Below, piece after piece: positions 32,176 through 40,851 of a stretch of DNA of 64,000 bases; the first letter of the stretch is position 1, and every line of letters begins with the position of its first letter. The notes below the pieces were generated by a model that did not search any database, was not told the DNA's origin, and worked only from the letters and a program-made list of their open reading frames with translations. The stretch is taken from assembly GCA_937875395.1 (NCBI GenBank), contig CALNCU010000227.1, positions 1,297 through 65,296 on the forward strand, in the 5' to 3' direction. The position numbers were made by a program, and so were the translations under genes. This stretch comes from an uncultured Armatimonadetes bacterium. GTDB taxonomy: Bacteria > Armatimonadota > UBA5829 > DTJY01.

Positions 32176-32766
32176 GTGGACTATTTGGTAAGCACAGATG
32201 CCATTCTGGTGCTCCGATGTCAGGAGGACGACAGCCAGGCCTTCGATGAGATAGTTCGGCAGTACAAGGATGGGATTTATAACTATATTCTAAGGATGAT
32301 CTCAAACCGTGACGATGCGGAAGACCTGGCCGTGGAGGTCTTTGTAAGGGCGTTTGCCGCTATAAAGAGCTTCAGGAGGGATTCCAACCTGCGCACATGG
32401 CTCTACCGTATAGCCACCAACCTATGCATTGATAAGTACAGGCGGTATGGTATTGAGCGGAAAAAGCTTGTGCCGCTTGAGCGCGAGTACGGCGATGGCG
32501 AGATCAGGCCGATGGATCTGCCGGATACAAGCTTTGATCCAGAGAAGCTGCTTGGGCAGAAAGAATTGAGCGATCAGATACACCGGGCCATCGCAAAGCT
32601 GCCGGAAAAGCTCCGTGCCCCCATACTCATGTATGATATGGAGGACATGTCCTACGGGCAGATTGCAGAGGTTCTGGGCTGCCCTATAGGCACCGTGAAA
32701 TCCAGAATATTCAAGGCAAGAACGCAGCTTAGGCGCATGCTTCTGCCGTATGTGCAGAATACGTAG
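32176..32766 (+). CDS. ECF (sigma-70 family group 4) RNA polymerase sigma factor
   Basis: Region 2 (DAEDLAVEVFVRAF...RTWLYRIATNLCIDKYRR) and region 4 (MSYGQIAEVLGCPIGTVKSRIFKAR). GTG start at 32176. Confidence 0.85.
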   Translation: MDYLVSTDAILVLRCQEDDSQAFDEIVRQYKDGIYNYILRMISNRDDAEDLAVEVFVRAFAAIKSFRRDSNLRTWLYRIATNLCIDKYRRYGIERKKLVPLEREYGDGEIRPMDLPDTSFDPEKLLGQKELSDQIHRAIAKLPEKLRAPILMYDMEDMSYGQIAEVLGCPIGTVKSRIFKARTQLRRMLLPYVQNT

Positions 32767-32784
32767 AGTGCTGTTTGAAAGTGG

Positions 32785-33294
32785 GTGTGCAGTATGAACT
32801 GCAAAGAGTGTTACAGATACCTGGGCGAATATGTAGACCGGACGCTTGATGATTGCGCCCTGGCAGAGATGGAGGCTCATATTAGGGTGTGCCCCAAATG
32901 TGCATCTCTAGCTGCAGAACTGGGGGGCGTGGCATCTCTGGTGAAATCGCTTGATAGACAGGCAGCGCCTTCAGGGTTTGAGGATAGGTTGAACGCGCAG
33001 ATTCTCCATCGCAAAGAGGAGGCAAAGCCAGGCCTGCTAAGAAGGTTGCTCCTGGGGGTGCCGCCGGAAGTATACGGATACCGCCGTTCCCTGGGGCCTG
33101 CGCTTGCCACGGTACTGCTCACCGCAGCAGTTGGAACATCGCTTATGTTCACAAATTATAATGCAAGCGGCGATGCTGCATACATAAACGCAGTACAGCA
33201 GCAGCATGTAACCTTTGCATCGGCAAACCCCCTGTCGGACGAATCAGCACTCATCTTAAGCGACCGGATGAAAGAGTTGAATGAGCCTCTTTAG
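32785..33294 (+). CDS. anti-sigma factor with zinc-finger (zf-HC2/ZAS) N-terminus and single TM
   Basis: CKECYRYL...HIRVCPKCAS HxxxCxxC motif and a TM helix (LATVLLTAAVGTSLMF). Immediately follows the ECF sigma gene. Confidence 0.6.
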   Translation: MCSMNCKECYRYLGEYVDRTLDDCALAEMEAHIRVCPKCASLAAELGGVASLVKSLDRQAAPSGFEDRLNAQILHRKEEAKPGLLRRLLLGVPPEVYGYRRSLGPALATVLLTAAVGTSLMFTNYNASGDAAYINAVQQQHVTFASANPLSDESALILSDRMKELNEPL

Positions 33295-33339
33295 GGCGCA
33301 TTCCAACAAATCTTTCCCCCGGATTTTATTGGGAAGGTA

Positions 33340-34320
33340 ATGAGATATTTATTAACATTTACATATATTCTTACTCTGGCATTTGCGTATGCCCCGGCTT
33401 CATCTGCCGCGCCCAGCGGCTCCCTGGTGCTAAAACGCATGCTTGCATCTGAAGGCAGCAGGGCCTATGTGGGAACGCAGGTGACCACCCTTGCCGCAGA
33501 TTCCAACGTCACATCAGAGCAGAAGGTGGCGCGCTATGGTTACAAGGGCATGCGGATGGAATATCTAAGCCCGCAAAGGCTCAAAGGCGAAGTGATTGCA
33601 GACAATGGCAAAGTTATAATGCACTATATCCCCAGCCGCAAAGTGGTTCGCACCCATCCCTCCAGGCTTGCCATGCAGCGGCAGAGATTAATGCAGATGA
33701 GCAGGGGGAATCTAAAGGCCAAGCTGGTGGGCAGTGACAGAATTGCAGGGCGCAGCGCCTACGTAATAGAGGTTAGTCCGGTGCGGAGCAGGGTGCTTAC
33801 CAGAAAGTTTTGGGTAGATACCGCCACATGGGTGAAGCTGAAAACGGAAGATATAGGCCCAAACGGCGCCGTTATATCTACATCTTACTTTAAAAAAATA
33901 AAATATGTTCCCTCCATCCCTGCCTCCATGTTTAAGGTGAACCCGCCGGACGGTGTAAGGGTGAAGCGCGGGCCGGCCTCTGCGTCCAGGCTGCTCTCAC
34001 TGGAGCAGGCGCAGGACAAGGCGGGGTTCCGCGTGCTAAGCCCCTCATATCTTCCGCCCGGATTCCGGTTTGCAGGCGCCACGGTTACCCGGTTCCGCGG
34101 GGACAATATGGTGGCGGTAAGATACACGGACGGCATGACATCGTTCTCCATTATGCAGGTGCCGGATAATGCGCTTAAACCCAGGTTCCAGCGGCGTCTT
34201 AGAGGCGGGCCGGAGCGTACGGGCGCGGGTTATTCCTGGAAACAGAACGGCATAAGCCTTACCATTATCGGGCGCATCCCCTACAACCAGATAACCAATA
34301 TAGCAGACTCCGTAAAATAG
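33340..34320 (+). CDS. secreted LolA-like / RseB-MucB-like domain protein (sigma-E module accessory)
   Basis: Signal peptide. Its size and its position after the sigma/anti-sigma pair are typical of RseB-like or DUF4367 LolA-fold proteins. No strong motif. Confidence 0.45.
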   Translation: MRYLLTFTYILTLAFAYAPASSAAPSGSLVLKRMLASEGSRAYVGTQVTTLAADSNVTSEQKVARYGYKGMRMEYLSPQRLKGEVIADNGKVIMHYIPSRKVVRTHPSRLAMQRQRLMQMSRGNLKAKLVGSDRIAGRSAYVIEVSPVRSRVLTRKFWVDTATWVKLKTEDIGPNGAVISTSYFKKIKYVPSIPASMFKVNPPDGVRVKRGPASASRLLSLEQAQDKAGFRVLSPSYLPPGFRFAGATVTRFRGDNMVAVRYTDGMTSFSIMQVPDNALKPRFQRRLRGGPERTGAGYSWKQNGISLTIIGRIPYNQITNIADSVK

Positions 34321-34535
34321 TTTAGCAGGCATCCTGCGGTCTTGCCCTGTCACTGGATTTGGATGATCTGATAGGGGGCATCAAGGGCTTGCGGCCCGCT
34401 GCGGGAGGATTAAGCAACCTGTCTATCTGAAAGACCGGGTGCCAATGAATTCCACCTGCAAGACTGGACAGGGTGAGTATTCTATGATACATTCTCCTTA
34501 CTGCTGCAGTATGTTTTGGCAGTGAAGGTGCAAGG

Positions 34536-35360
34536 ATGGAAGATTCCCCAAACTACCGCGTGCTTGCCGTGGATGACGAACCGGTAGTACACAGAATGCT
34601 GGAGACAATAATAGGGAGCTGCGGCCTCCCCGTGACGCTTGAAGGTACGGCCCTAAGCGGAGAAGAAGCGCTGAATTTGGCGCGCCGAATTCTGCCGGAT
34701 ATCTGCATCCTTGATATTCGCATGGAAGGCATGGATGGGCTGGAACTTGCCCGCCGACTTAAAAATGTCCCCGGCATCTCCCCCAGAATCATCTACCTCA
34801 CCGCTTACGACAGGTTTGAGTATGCGCAAAAGGCTGTGCACCTGGGCGCCGTAGAATACATTCTAAAGCCCATAGATCGCAGAGAGCTCACCCTGGCGCT
34901 TGGGCGAGCGGTAAACTCTTTGCAGGCAGAACGGCTGAACCGGCTGCAAGCAGAAAAGGTGCGCCGCAAGCTTAAAACCGTGCTGCCGGGAGCGCTCCCT
35001 TCTGCCAAATTACCCGCACAGAGCCGGAATGCAGAGATTGCCGCTACTGTTCGCACCTACATAGAGCAGCATTATGCAGAAAATATATCGCTTGAAGATG
35101 CGGCATCCGGCCTGGAACTTAGCCCGGGGTACGTTGGGCCAGTCTTCAAATCAATATGCGGGCTCTCCTTCCGGGCATACCTCAGGTCTGTACGGATTGC
35201 AAGGGCCGCAGAACTTATGGCAGACCAGAGCCTTAACCTGTCCCAGATAGCCCAGATGGTAGGCTATGAAGATTTAAACTATTTCAGCCAGGCGTTTCTT
35301 AAAGAGACCGGAGTGCGCCCAAGCGAATACAGGGGAGGTGGCCGCAGGTGGGCCAAGTAA
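34536..35360 (+). CDS. two-component response regulator with AraC-type HTH output (YesN-like)
   Basis: Receiver domain (VLAVDDEP...DICILDIRMEGMDGLEL...IIYLTAYD...KP) plus C-terminal AraC HTH (SQIAQMVGYEDLNYFSQAFLKETGVRPSEYR). Confidence 0.85.
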   Translation: MEDSPNYRVLAVDDEPVVHRMLETIIGSCGLPVTLEGTALSGEEALNLARRILPDICILDIRMEGMDGLELARRLKNVPGISPRIIYLTAYDRFEYAQKAVHLGAVEYILKPIDRRELTLALGRAVNSLQAERLNRLQAEKVRRKLKTVLPGALPSAKLPAQSRNAEIAATVRTYIEQHYAENISLEDAASGLELSPGYVGPVFKSICGLSFRAYLRSVRIARAAELMADQSLNLSQIAQMVGYEDLNYFSQAFLKETGVRPSEYRGGGRRWAK

Positions 35361-36556
35361 AGCTTTCAGATATTGTAAACCTCCCTGCCTTTGAAGAGGC
35401 CGGCCGTCTCTTCCACAGGGCTACCGGCATGAGCCTCTCCTTTAAAGATGATTCCGGCCAGGTGTTCTTCTACCCGGCGGAGGAGCGGTGCGATTTTTGC
35501 CGCCTTATCCAGAGCACCCGGGAAGGAAAGAGCCGGTGCGCGCTTTCAGATAAAAAGGCCGCAGAGCGCGCGCTTGAAGGCAGAAAACCCATCTCTTACA
35601 CCTGCCACGCAGGCCTTGTAGATGTTGTGGTGCCCGTAGTTGTGGGGGGAGAGCGGGTAGGGTGCTTTTATAGCGGGCAATCTTCCCTTACCCCGCCTAC
35701 AACAATGGGTTACCAGGAGATTATCCCCAAAATTGCAGACCTTGGGCTGAACCCAGATGATGTATGGAACGCCTACATGAAGGTTCCGCTTGTAGACGGC
35801 AGGCGGCTCTCCGTAGCAATGGGGCTTTTAAGCGTTATCTGCAACCACCTTGTAGAAGGGGAGATAGCATTAAGGCAGGAGAGGGCGCTGACCGTAGAAC
35901 AGAAGAAGCTAAGGCGCGCGGCAGAAGAGAGCGCCCGCCTTGAACACGACTTGAGAGAGATGGAACTCAGGCTTCTGCAGGCGCAGCTTAACCCCCACTT
36001 TCTATTTAACACCCTGAACCTTATAGCAGGGCAGGCCATGATGGAAGACGCCCCGGAGACCGCCCACCTGGTTCAAGAACTCTCCCGCCTCCTTAGAAAT
36101 TCGCTCTCAAGCATAGGGAAGATTGTGCCCCTCTGCGAAGAGGTAGAGAGCGCCCGGGCCTACGTAGAAATATTCAGGGCGCGCTTTGAGCGGAACGTAG
36201 AACTCATTTTAAGCCTTTCAGAGAACCTGAAGAGCGTAGATGTCCCGGCGCTTATACTGCAGCCGGTTATAGAAAACTCGCTCAGGTACGCCGGGGGCTC
36301 GCTCCTTCTTAAAATCCGCACAGAAGAGAGGGATGGCTGCATCTGCATCTCCGTGGAAGACAACGGCCCCGGAATCCCTGAAAAACGGCTGGCAGAGATT
36401 ACGGCATCCCTTTGCAGCAAAGATCACAAAGGCAAGCTTACAGGTCTCTCCGGGCTCAACAGACGCCTTAAGTACTACTACCCGCACGTACCGGATATTT
36501 CAATAGCAAATCTTGATCCCGGGCTCTCTGTTGCCATTGCCATACCCTTAAAATAA
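35348..36556 (+). CDS. cytoplasmic sensor histidine kinase with N-terminal PocR-like ligand-binding domain (YesM/LytS-type His_kinase + HATPase_c)
   Basis: No TM helices. N-terminal 170 aa resemble a PocR domain, followed by LNPHFLFNTLNLI (His_kinase) and a C-terminal HATPase_c (DNGPGIP...GLSGL). Overlaps the response-regulator gene by 13 nt. Confidence 0.8.
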   Translation: MGQVKLSDIVNLPAFEEAGRLFHRATGMSLSFKDDSGQVFFYPAEERCDFCRLIQSTREGKSRCALSDKKAAERALEGRKPISYTCHAGLVDVVVPVVVGGERVGCFYSGQSSLTPPTTMGYQEIIPKIADLGLNPDDVWNAYMKVPLVDGRRLSVAMGLLSVICNHLVEGEIALRQERALTVEQKKLRRAAEESARLEHDLREMELRLLQAQLNPHFLFNTLNLIAGQAMMEDAPETAHLVQELSRLLRNSLSSIGKIVPLCEEVESARAYVEIFRARFERNVELILSLSENLKSVDVPALILQPVIENSLRYAGGSLLLKIRTEERDGCICISVEDNGPGIPEKRLAEITASLCSKDHKGKLTGLSGLNRRLKYYYPHVPDISIANLDPGLSVAIAIPLK

Positions 36557-36599
36557 ACGGCGGCATCTGGCAAAACATGTAATAATCCTGCCTTTTTCC

Positions 36600-36644
36600 A
36601 TGGTTATATGCCCCTCATGGTGATATTCTGAGTATACGGTATAT
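36600..36644 (+). promoter_or_regulatory. triple direct repeat (ATGGTTATAT / ATGGTGATAT / ACGGTATAT) upstream of the DegT operon, candidate binding sites for the AraC-type response regulator
   Basis: Copies start at 36600, 36617 and 36636 (17- and 19-bp periodicity), 37-80 bp upstream of the DegT ATG. Confidence 0.35.
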
Positions 36645-36680
36645 TGGATTTGTTCGTTCAGAGATCACAGGAGGTTTCTT

Positions 36681-37946
36681 ATGGCAGTAGATAAAGATAA
36701 GTTCACCGGTTCAGACACGGAAGGCGGCATAACAAGCAGCTATGCAATGGATGATGGCGTAGAGCTGAAAGTCTCTTATTCCTACATGGGTTCCATCTAT
36801 GATGAAGATGAAAAGCAGATGGCGCTTGCGGCAATGGCGCAGGATACGCTCACCATGGGCCCGCAGGTAAAGGCCTTTCAGGATGAATTTGCAGCAATGA
36901 GCGGCGTAAAGCATGCCTTTGCAACCACAAACTGCACCACCGCAATGCACGTGGCAACCCAGGCCCTTGGCATAGGCCCCGGCGATGAGGTTATAGTCAC
37001 CCCAAACACGTTTATTGCCACATCCCTTGTAATTCTGAAGGAGGGCGCCACCCCGGTCTATGCAGATATAGACCCCAAAACCTTCAACATAGACCCAAAA
37101 GAGATAGCAAAAAAGATTACGCCTAAAACCAAGGCCGTCTATGTGGTGCACTACGGCGGGCAGAAGTGCGATATGGACCCCATAATGGAGATTGCAAAGA
37201 AGCACAACCTCTACGTGCTTGAAGACTGCGCGCATACCCCCGGTTCTTTGTACAAAGGCAGGCGTGCCGGCAGCATAGGAGACGTGGGATGCTTCAGCTT
37301 CCACTCCCTGAAGAACATGACCACCTGCGGAGAGGGCGGCATGATTACCACTAACAGGGATGATTTGGTAGACCCCATAGAAAAGCTCCGCTGCATGAAT
37401 CTTGATCACTGGAAGAACCAGGCGGATTACTGGCTCCCCTCTCACTTTGACGTTGTAGACGTAAACGGCCGCTGGGGAAACAACTATCGCATGAACGAAA
37501 TTCAGGCGGCAGTGGGGCGCGCTCAGCTTAGAAAGCTTGAGATGCTGAACAAGACCAGGCAGGAGAAGGGCCGCAGAATATCAGACGGCATACAGGGGAT
37601 AAAGGGCATAACTCCGGTTTACGAAGACCCTAATTGCTATCACACCTACCACCTTTACACCCTTTGCATAGAGGAAGAGGAGCTTGGGGCAACCAGGGAC
37701 GACTTTATGAGAGTGCTCTACCGTGAAGAGGGCGTACAGGGCATACTTCACTACCAGCCCACCTACCACTTCACCGGCCTGAAGAAGATGGGCTACAGAG
37801 ATGATATCTGCCCAATAGCAGAGAAGTTTTTCTACAGAAGAGAACTTAACCTGCCCATGCACCCAAGGCTTACGGACCAGGAGATAAAAGATACCATAGC
37901 AGGCATAAAGAACGCCGCAGAAAAAGTTCGCGGTATGAGGGGCTGA
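36681..37946 (+). CDS. DegT/DnrJ/EryC1/StrS-family PLP-dependent sugar or cyclitol aminotransferase
   Basis: GPQVKAFQDEFA...GDEVIVTPNTF...FSFHSLKNMTTCGEGG PLP-lysine motif. ~35-aa N-terminal extension. AGGAGG RBS. Confidence 0.85.
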   Translation: MAVDKDKFTGSDTEGGITSSYAMDDGVELKVSYSYMGSIYDEDEKQMALAAMAQDTLTMGPQVKAFQDEFAAMSGVKHAFATTNCTTAMHVATQALGIGPGDEVIVTPNTFIATSLVILKEGATPVYADIDPKTFNIDPKEIAKKITPKTKAVYVVHYGGQKCDMDPIMEIAKKHNLYVLEDCAHTPGSLYKGRRAGSIGDVGCFSFHSLKNMTTCGEGGMITTNRDDLVDPIEKLRCMNLDHWKNQADYWLPSHFDVVDVNGRWGNNYRMNEIQAAVGRAQLRKLEMLNKTRQEKGRRISDGIQGIKGITPVYEDPNCYHTYHLYTLCIEEEELGATRDDFMRVLYREEGVQGILHYQPTYHFTGLKKMGYRDDICPIAEKFFYRRELNLPMHPRLTDQEIKDTIAGIKNAAEKVRGMRG

Positions 37947-38617
37947 TGTCCGCAGGCATTAGAGACATAAGCGGCTGGATATACGGCGGGATGTGGTCTT
38001 ACTGCCCGGAATACCCCGGGGCAGACATACAGGAGCTTCCACAGCCCGCCTTCCTGCCGCCTGATTATCCGGTCTACCTGCAAAAGTTTATCATAGGCGG
38101 GCAGACCGGAACCTATATAGAGACCAGGGCGCATGTAGACCCAAAGGCAGAACCCGTGACGGCTCTGCCGCTATCACAGTTTTTGCGCCCGGCAGTGGTA
38201 ATAAATGTTGGAGAGAAGGGGCCGGGCCGGGTCATCAGCGTGGCTGACCTTGAGCAGGCGAAGCCGGATATACATCCGGGCGATGCAGTCCTTCTCTCCA
38301 CGGGTTGGGATAAAAATTGGAATGAACCGTACTTTATAGAGGGCAGCCCGTACATAGAACATGAGGCCGCCCTCTGGCTCATAAAAAGAGAGATAGGGCT
38401 GCTTGCAAGCGATTTCCCGCGTTTTGATAACCCCTCCAGCATGCAGTTTCCGTGGGATGCGTTCTGGGAGCATGTAAATCTGCTTCTGGCGCCGGTTACA
38501 AACCTTGACGGGCTCTCCGGCAGGTGCGGAATGCTGGCAGCCTTTCCGCTTAAAATCCGCGGAGCATGCTCCACCCCGTGCCGTGCCGCCCTGCTTCTAA
38601 GCAAGGAGGATTTATAG
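37946..38617 (+). CDS. putative cyclase-family metal-dependent hydrolase (kynurenine formamidase-like fold)
   Basis: Its ATG shares the A of the DegT TGA stop. 223 aa with an HxD-like metal site. Family call moderate. Confidence 0.65.
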   Translation: MSAGIRDISGWIYGGMWSYCPEYPGADIQELPQPAFLPPDYPVYLQKFIIGGQTGTYIETRAHVDPKAEPVTALPLSQFLRPAVVINVGEKGPGRVISVADLEQAKPDIHPGDAVLLSTGWDKNWNEPYFIEGSPYIEHEAALWLIKREIGLLASDFPRFDNPSSMQFPWDAFWEHVNLLLAPVTNLDGLSGRCGMLAAFPLKIRGACSTPCRAALLLSKEDL

Positions 38618-38619
38618 TA

Positions 38620-40044
38620 TTGATTTCTTTAACAAAGAAAGATATTGTGCGGGGGCTTGTATCCCTTGGGCTGGAATCCGGCGACAAGGTGCTTATGCAC
38701 TCATCATTTGTGGCGCTGGGAAAGGTTGAAGGCGGCCCCAACACGGTAATAGACGCTCTTCTTGAGGTGCTGGGGGAGGACGGGCTTCTGGTTATGCCCA
38801 CATTTTCTGCCGGTTCGCCGTTTAACAGAAAGAACGCTCCCACCGGGCTGGGCGTCATTCCAGATGCTTTTTGGCGGCTGCCGGGCGTAGTGCGCAGCCT
38901 TCATCCTTCGCATTCCGTAGCTGCCATGGGGCCGGGGGCGGAAGATTTAATAAGGGATCATGAGAAGGCTCCCACGGCTTACGGAGAGGGCACTCCGTAC
39001 TGCAAACTTGCAATGGGGGGCGGCAAAGTGCTCCTTCTGGGCGTAGACCAGGATAGAAATACCACCCTGCACGCCGCAGAGGCCGCTGCCGGCGCTCCGT
39101 ACCTTAAAAACATAGAAGGCGCCTACATAGATGATAACGGGGATGAGGTTAAAATCCCCATCGCCGCCATGGCAGGGCCTCACCGGGATTTCATAGGATT
39201 AGATAAGCTCTTCCGTGAGAAGGGCATTATGCGCATAGGTCGTATAGGCAGGGCCGCATGCCGCCTTATGGATGGAGAGGCCATGCTCCTTGCAGCCATA
39301 GAGGCTCTTCAAAAAGACCCGGCGGCGGTGCTCTGCAACAATCCCGCCTGCTGGGATTGCGTGCGCCAGCGCGGGCAGATAAAGGCGGCCCGTCTGCTGG
39401 ACGAGTGCTTCACCCTTGCCGCCGTAGCCGGAGATATATCAGAAGATTGGGAAGATGTACACCGGGCGATTCTGGGTGAGGGAATCTCCGCCCTGGAGCT
39501 TACCGCAGAAGAGTATGAGCGCTGGAGTTCTGACTTGACTGATGCCGGCATAAGTATTTCCGCCATCCGCGGAGGCCTTAAGGGTAATGCCGCCGCAAAG
39601 CTTGCGGAGAGCCTGGGCGTGCCGTTTATTGTCCCTGCATCCTGCGAAGAGGATATGGCCGCCGCCGCAAAGCTCCCCGGACGGGTGATAGTAGAGAATA
39701 CAGGGGCATGCTCCGCCGTCTACAAAGAGGCTTACAACCGTGACGGCATGCCGGAGTTTGCCTTCAATCCCGCGCAATTTGCGGCTGTAGGAGAGAAGCC
39801 GTTTTTGCGGGTCTTTTACAGAGGAACGCTTAGAAAGCATACCGTTCATTTCTATCTAGACGATGGGCTGTTTAACGGAACCCCAACCCTTCCGGGCCAG
39901 GGGAACGGAGAAGTAAAAGAGATAATCTCCATGCTGCGCTGCCGCGGATACAATGGAGCCATCACACTCCGCGCGCGCAGTGGCGGCACAGCGGGGTTCA
40001 GGGAAGCGGCATTGGCTTTCTGGTACCTGTTGGATAACATGTAA
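38620..40044 (+). CDS. fusion protein: AAC(3)-family aminoglycoside/aminocyclitol N-acetyltransferase domain + xylose-isomerase-like TIM-barrel (sugar-phosphate isomerase/epimerase) domain
   Basis: N-terminal VLMHSSFVALGKVEGGPNTVIDALLEVLGEDGLLVMPTFS is a strong match to the AAC(3)/YokD family. C-terminal ...VIVENTG...HFYLDDG...GNGEV...LRCRGYNGAITL matches the xylose-isomerase-like barrel. TTG start at 38620 with AAGGAGGA RBS, 2 nt after the cyclase stop. Confidence 0.65.
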   Translation: MISLTKKDIVRGLVSLGLESGDKVLMHSSFVALGKVEGGPNTVIDALLEVLGEDGLLVMPTFSAGSPFNRKNAPTGLGVIPDAFWRLPGVVRSLHPSHSVAAMGPGAEDLIRDHEKAPTAYGEGTPYCKLAMGGGKVLLLGVDQDRNTTLHAAEAAAGAPYLKNIEGAYIDDNGDEVKIPIAAMAGPHRDFIGLDKLFREKGIMRIGRIGRAACRLMDGEAMLLAAIEALQKDPAAVLCNNPACWDCVRQRGQIKAARLLDECFTLAAVAGDISEDWEDVHRAILGEGISALELTAEEYERWSSDLTDAGISISAIRGGLKGNAAAKLAESLGVPFIVPASCEEDMAAAAKLPGRVIVENTGACSAVYKEAYNRDGMPEFAFNPAQFAAVGEKPFLRVFYRGTLRKHTVHFYLDDGLFNGTPTLPGQGNGEVKEIISMLRCRGYNGAITLRARSGGTAGFREAALAFWYLLDNM

Positions 40045-40061
40045 ATATTAAGGAGAAGAAT

Positions 40062-40850
40062 ATGAGCAAAGCAAGAATTATGTACAATATGACGGTTGAA
40101 GAGGTACGGGAAGGCTTAAAAGAGATGAAAACCGTATTTCTGCCCATTGGCGTAGTAGAGCAGCACGGCTACCACATGCCTTTAAGTGTAGACATACATA
40201 ACGCCTACGAGATCTCCAAGATGGCATCAGAGCGGTGCGGCTGCTTTGTGGCCCCTCCAGTGCACTACAGCTTCTCCGGCGGAAGCCTCCCCGGTACCAT
40301 AAACATCCCTCCGCAGCTCTTTTCTATGGTTGTTATGGAGATATGCCACAGCCTTGTTGTGCAGGGGTTCAAAAATATTGCAATAATCCTTGGGCACGGA
40401 GGCACAGAGAACGTGCGCGCATCCTTTGACGCAGCAGAGAACTTTCAGCGGCTTAACCCGGATGTCTCCGGCGTCACCATCTCCGTGGTGCCGTTCTGGG
40501 AATTCTCCCCAACATACATGAAATCCTTTGAAGAGGGAGATTTCCACGCCGGCAAGTACGAAACATCCCTTATGCTCTACTGGAAGCCGGAACTTGTTAA
40601 AATGGAGAAGGCGCGCCTTGATTCGCCAGAAATAGTTAAAATGATGCGCACAGACCAGGATGCCTTCCTTGTAAAGACAAAGGCGGTAGATCACAAGTAC
40701 GTAATACCAAAGATGGTTCAGCACCCGGCAATAGAGGTGGGTGTCATGGGTAATTTTGAAGGAGCAAGCGCAGAGCTTGGCAAAAAAATTGCAGAAGAAT
40801 GCGCAGACAGCCTTGCCAATATGGTTTGGCAGTTGGAGGGGAATAAGTAA
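40062..40850 (+). CDS. creatininase-family amidohydrolase
   Basis: VEQHGYHMPLSVD...ILGHGGTEN...HAGKYETS metal-binding pattern of the creatinine amidohydrolase / ArfB / MftE family. AAGGAG RBS. Confidence 0.75.
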   Translation: MSKARIMYNMTVEEVREGLKEMKTVFLPIGVVEQHGYHMPLSVDIHNAYEISKMASERCGCFVAPPVHYSFSGGSLPGTINIPPQLFSMVVMEICHSLVVQGFKNIAIILGHGGTENVRASFDAAENFQRLNPDVSGVTISVVPFWEFSPTYMKSFEEGDFHAGKYETSLMLYWKPELVKMEKARLDSPEIVKMMRTDQDAFLVKTKAVDHKYVIPKMVQHPAIEVGVMGNFEGASAELGKKIAEECADSLANMVWQLEGNK

Positions 40851-40851
40851 A

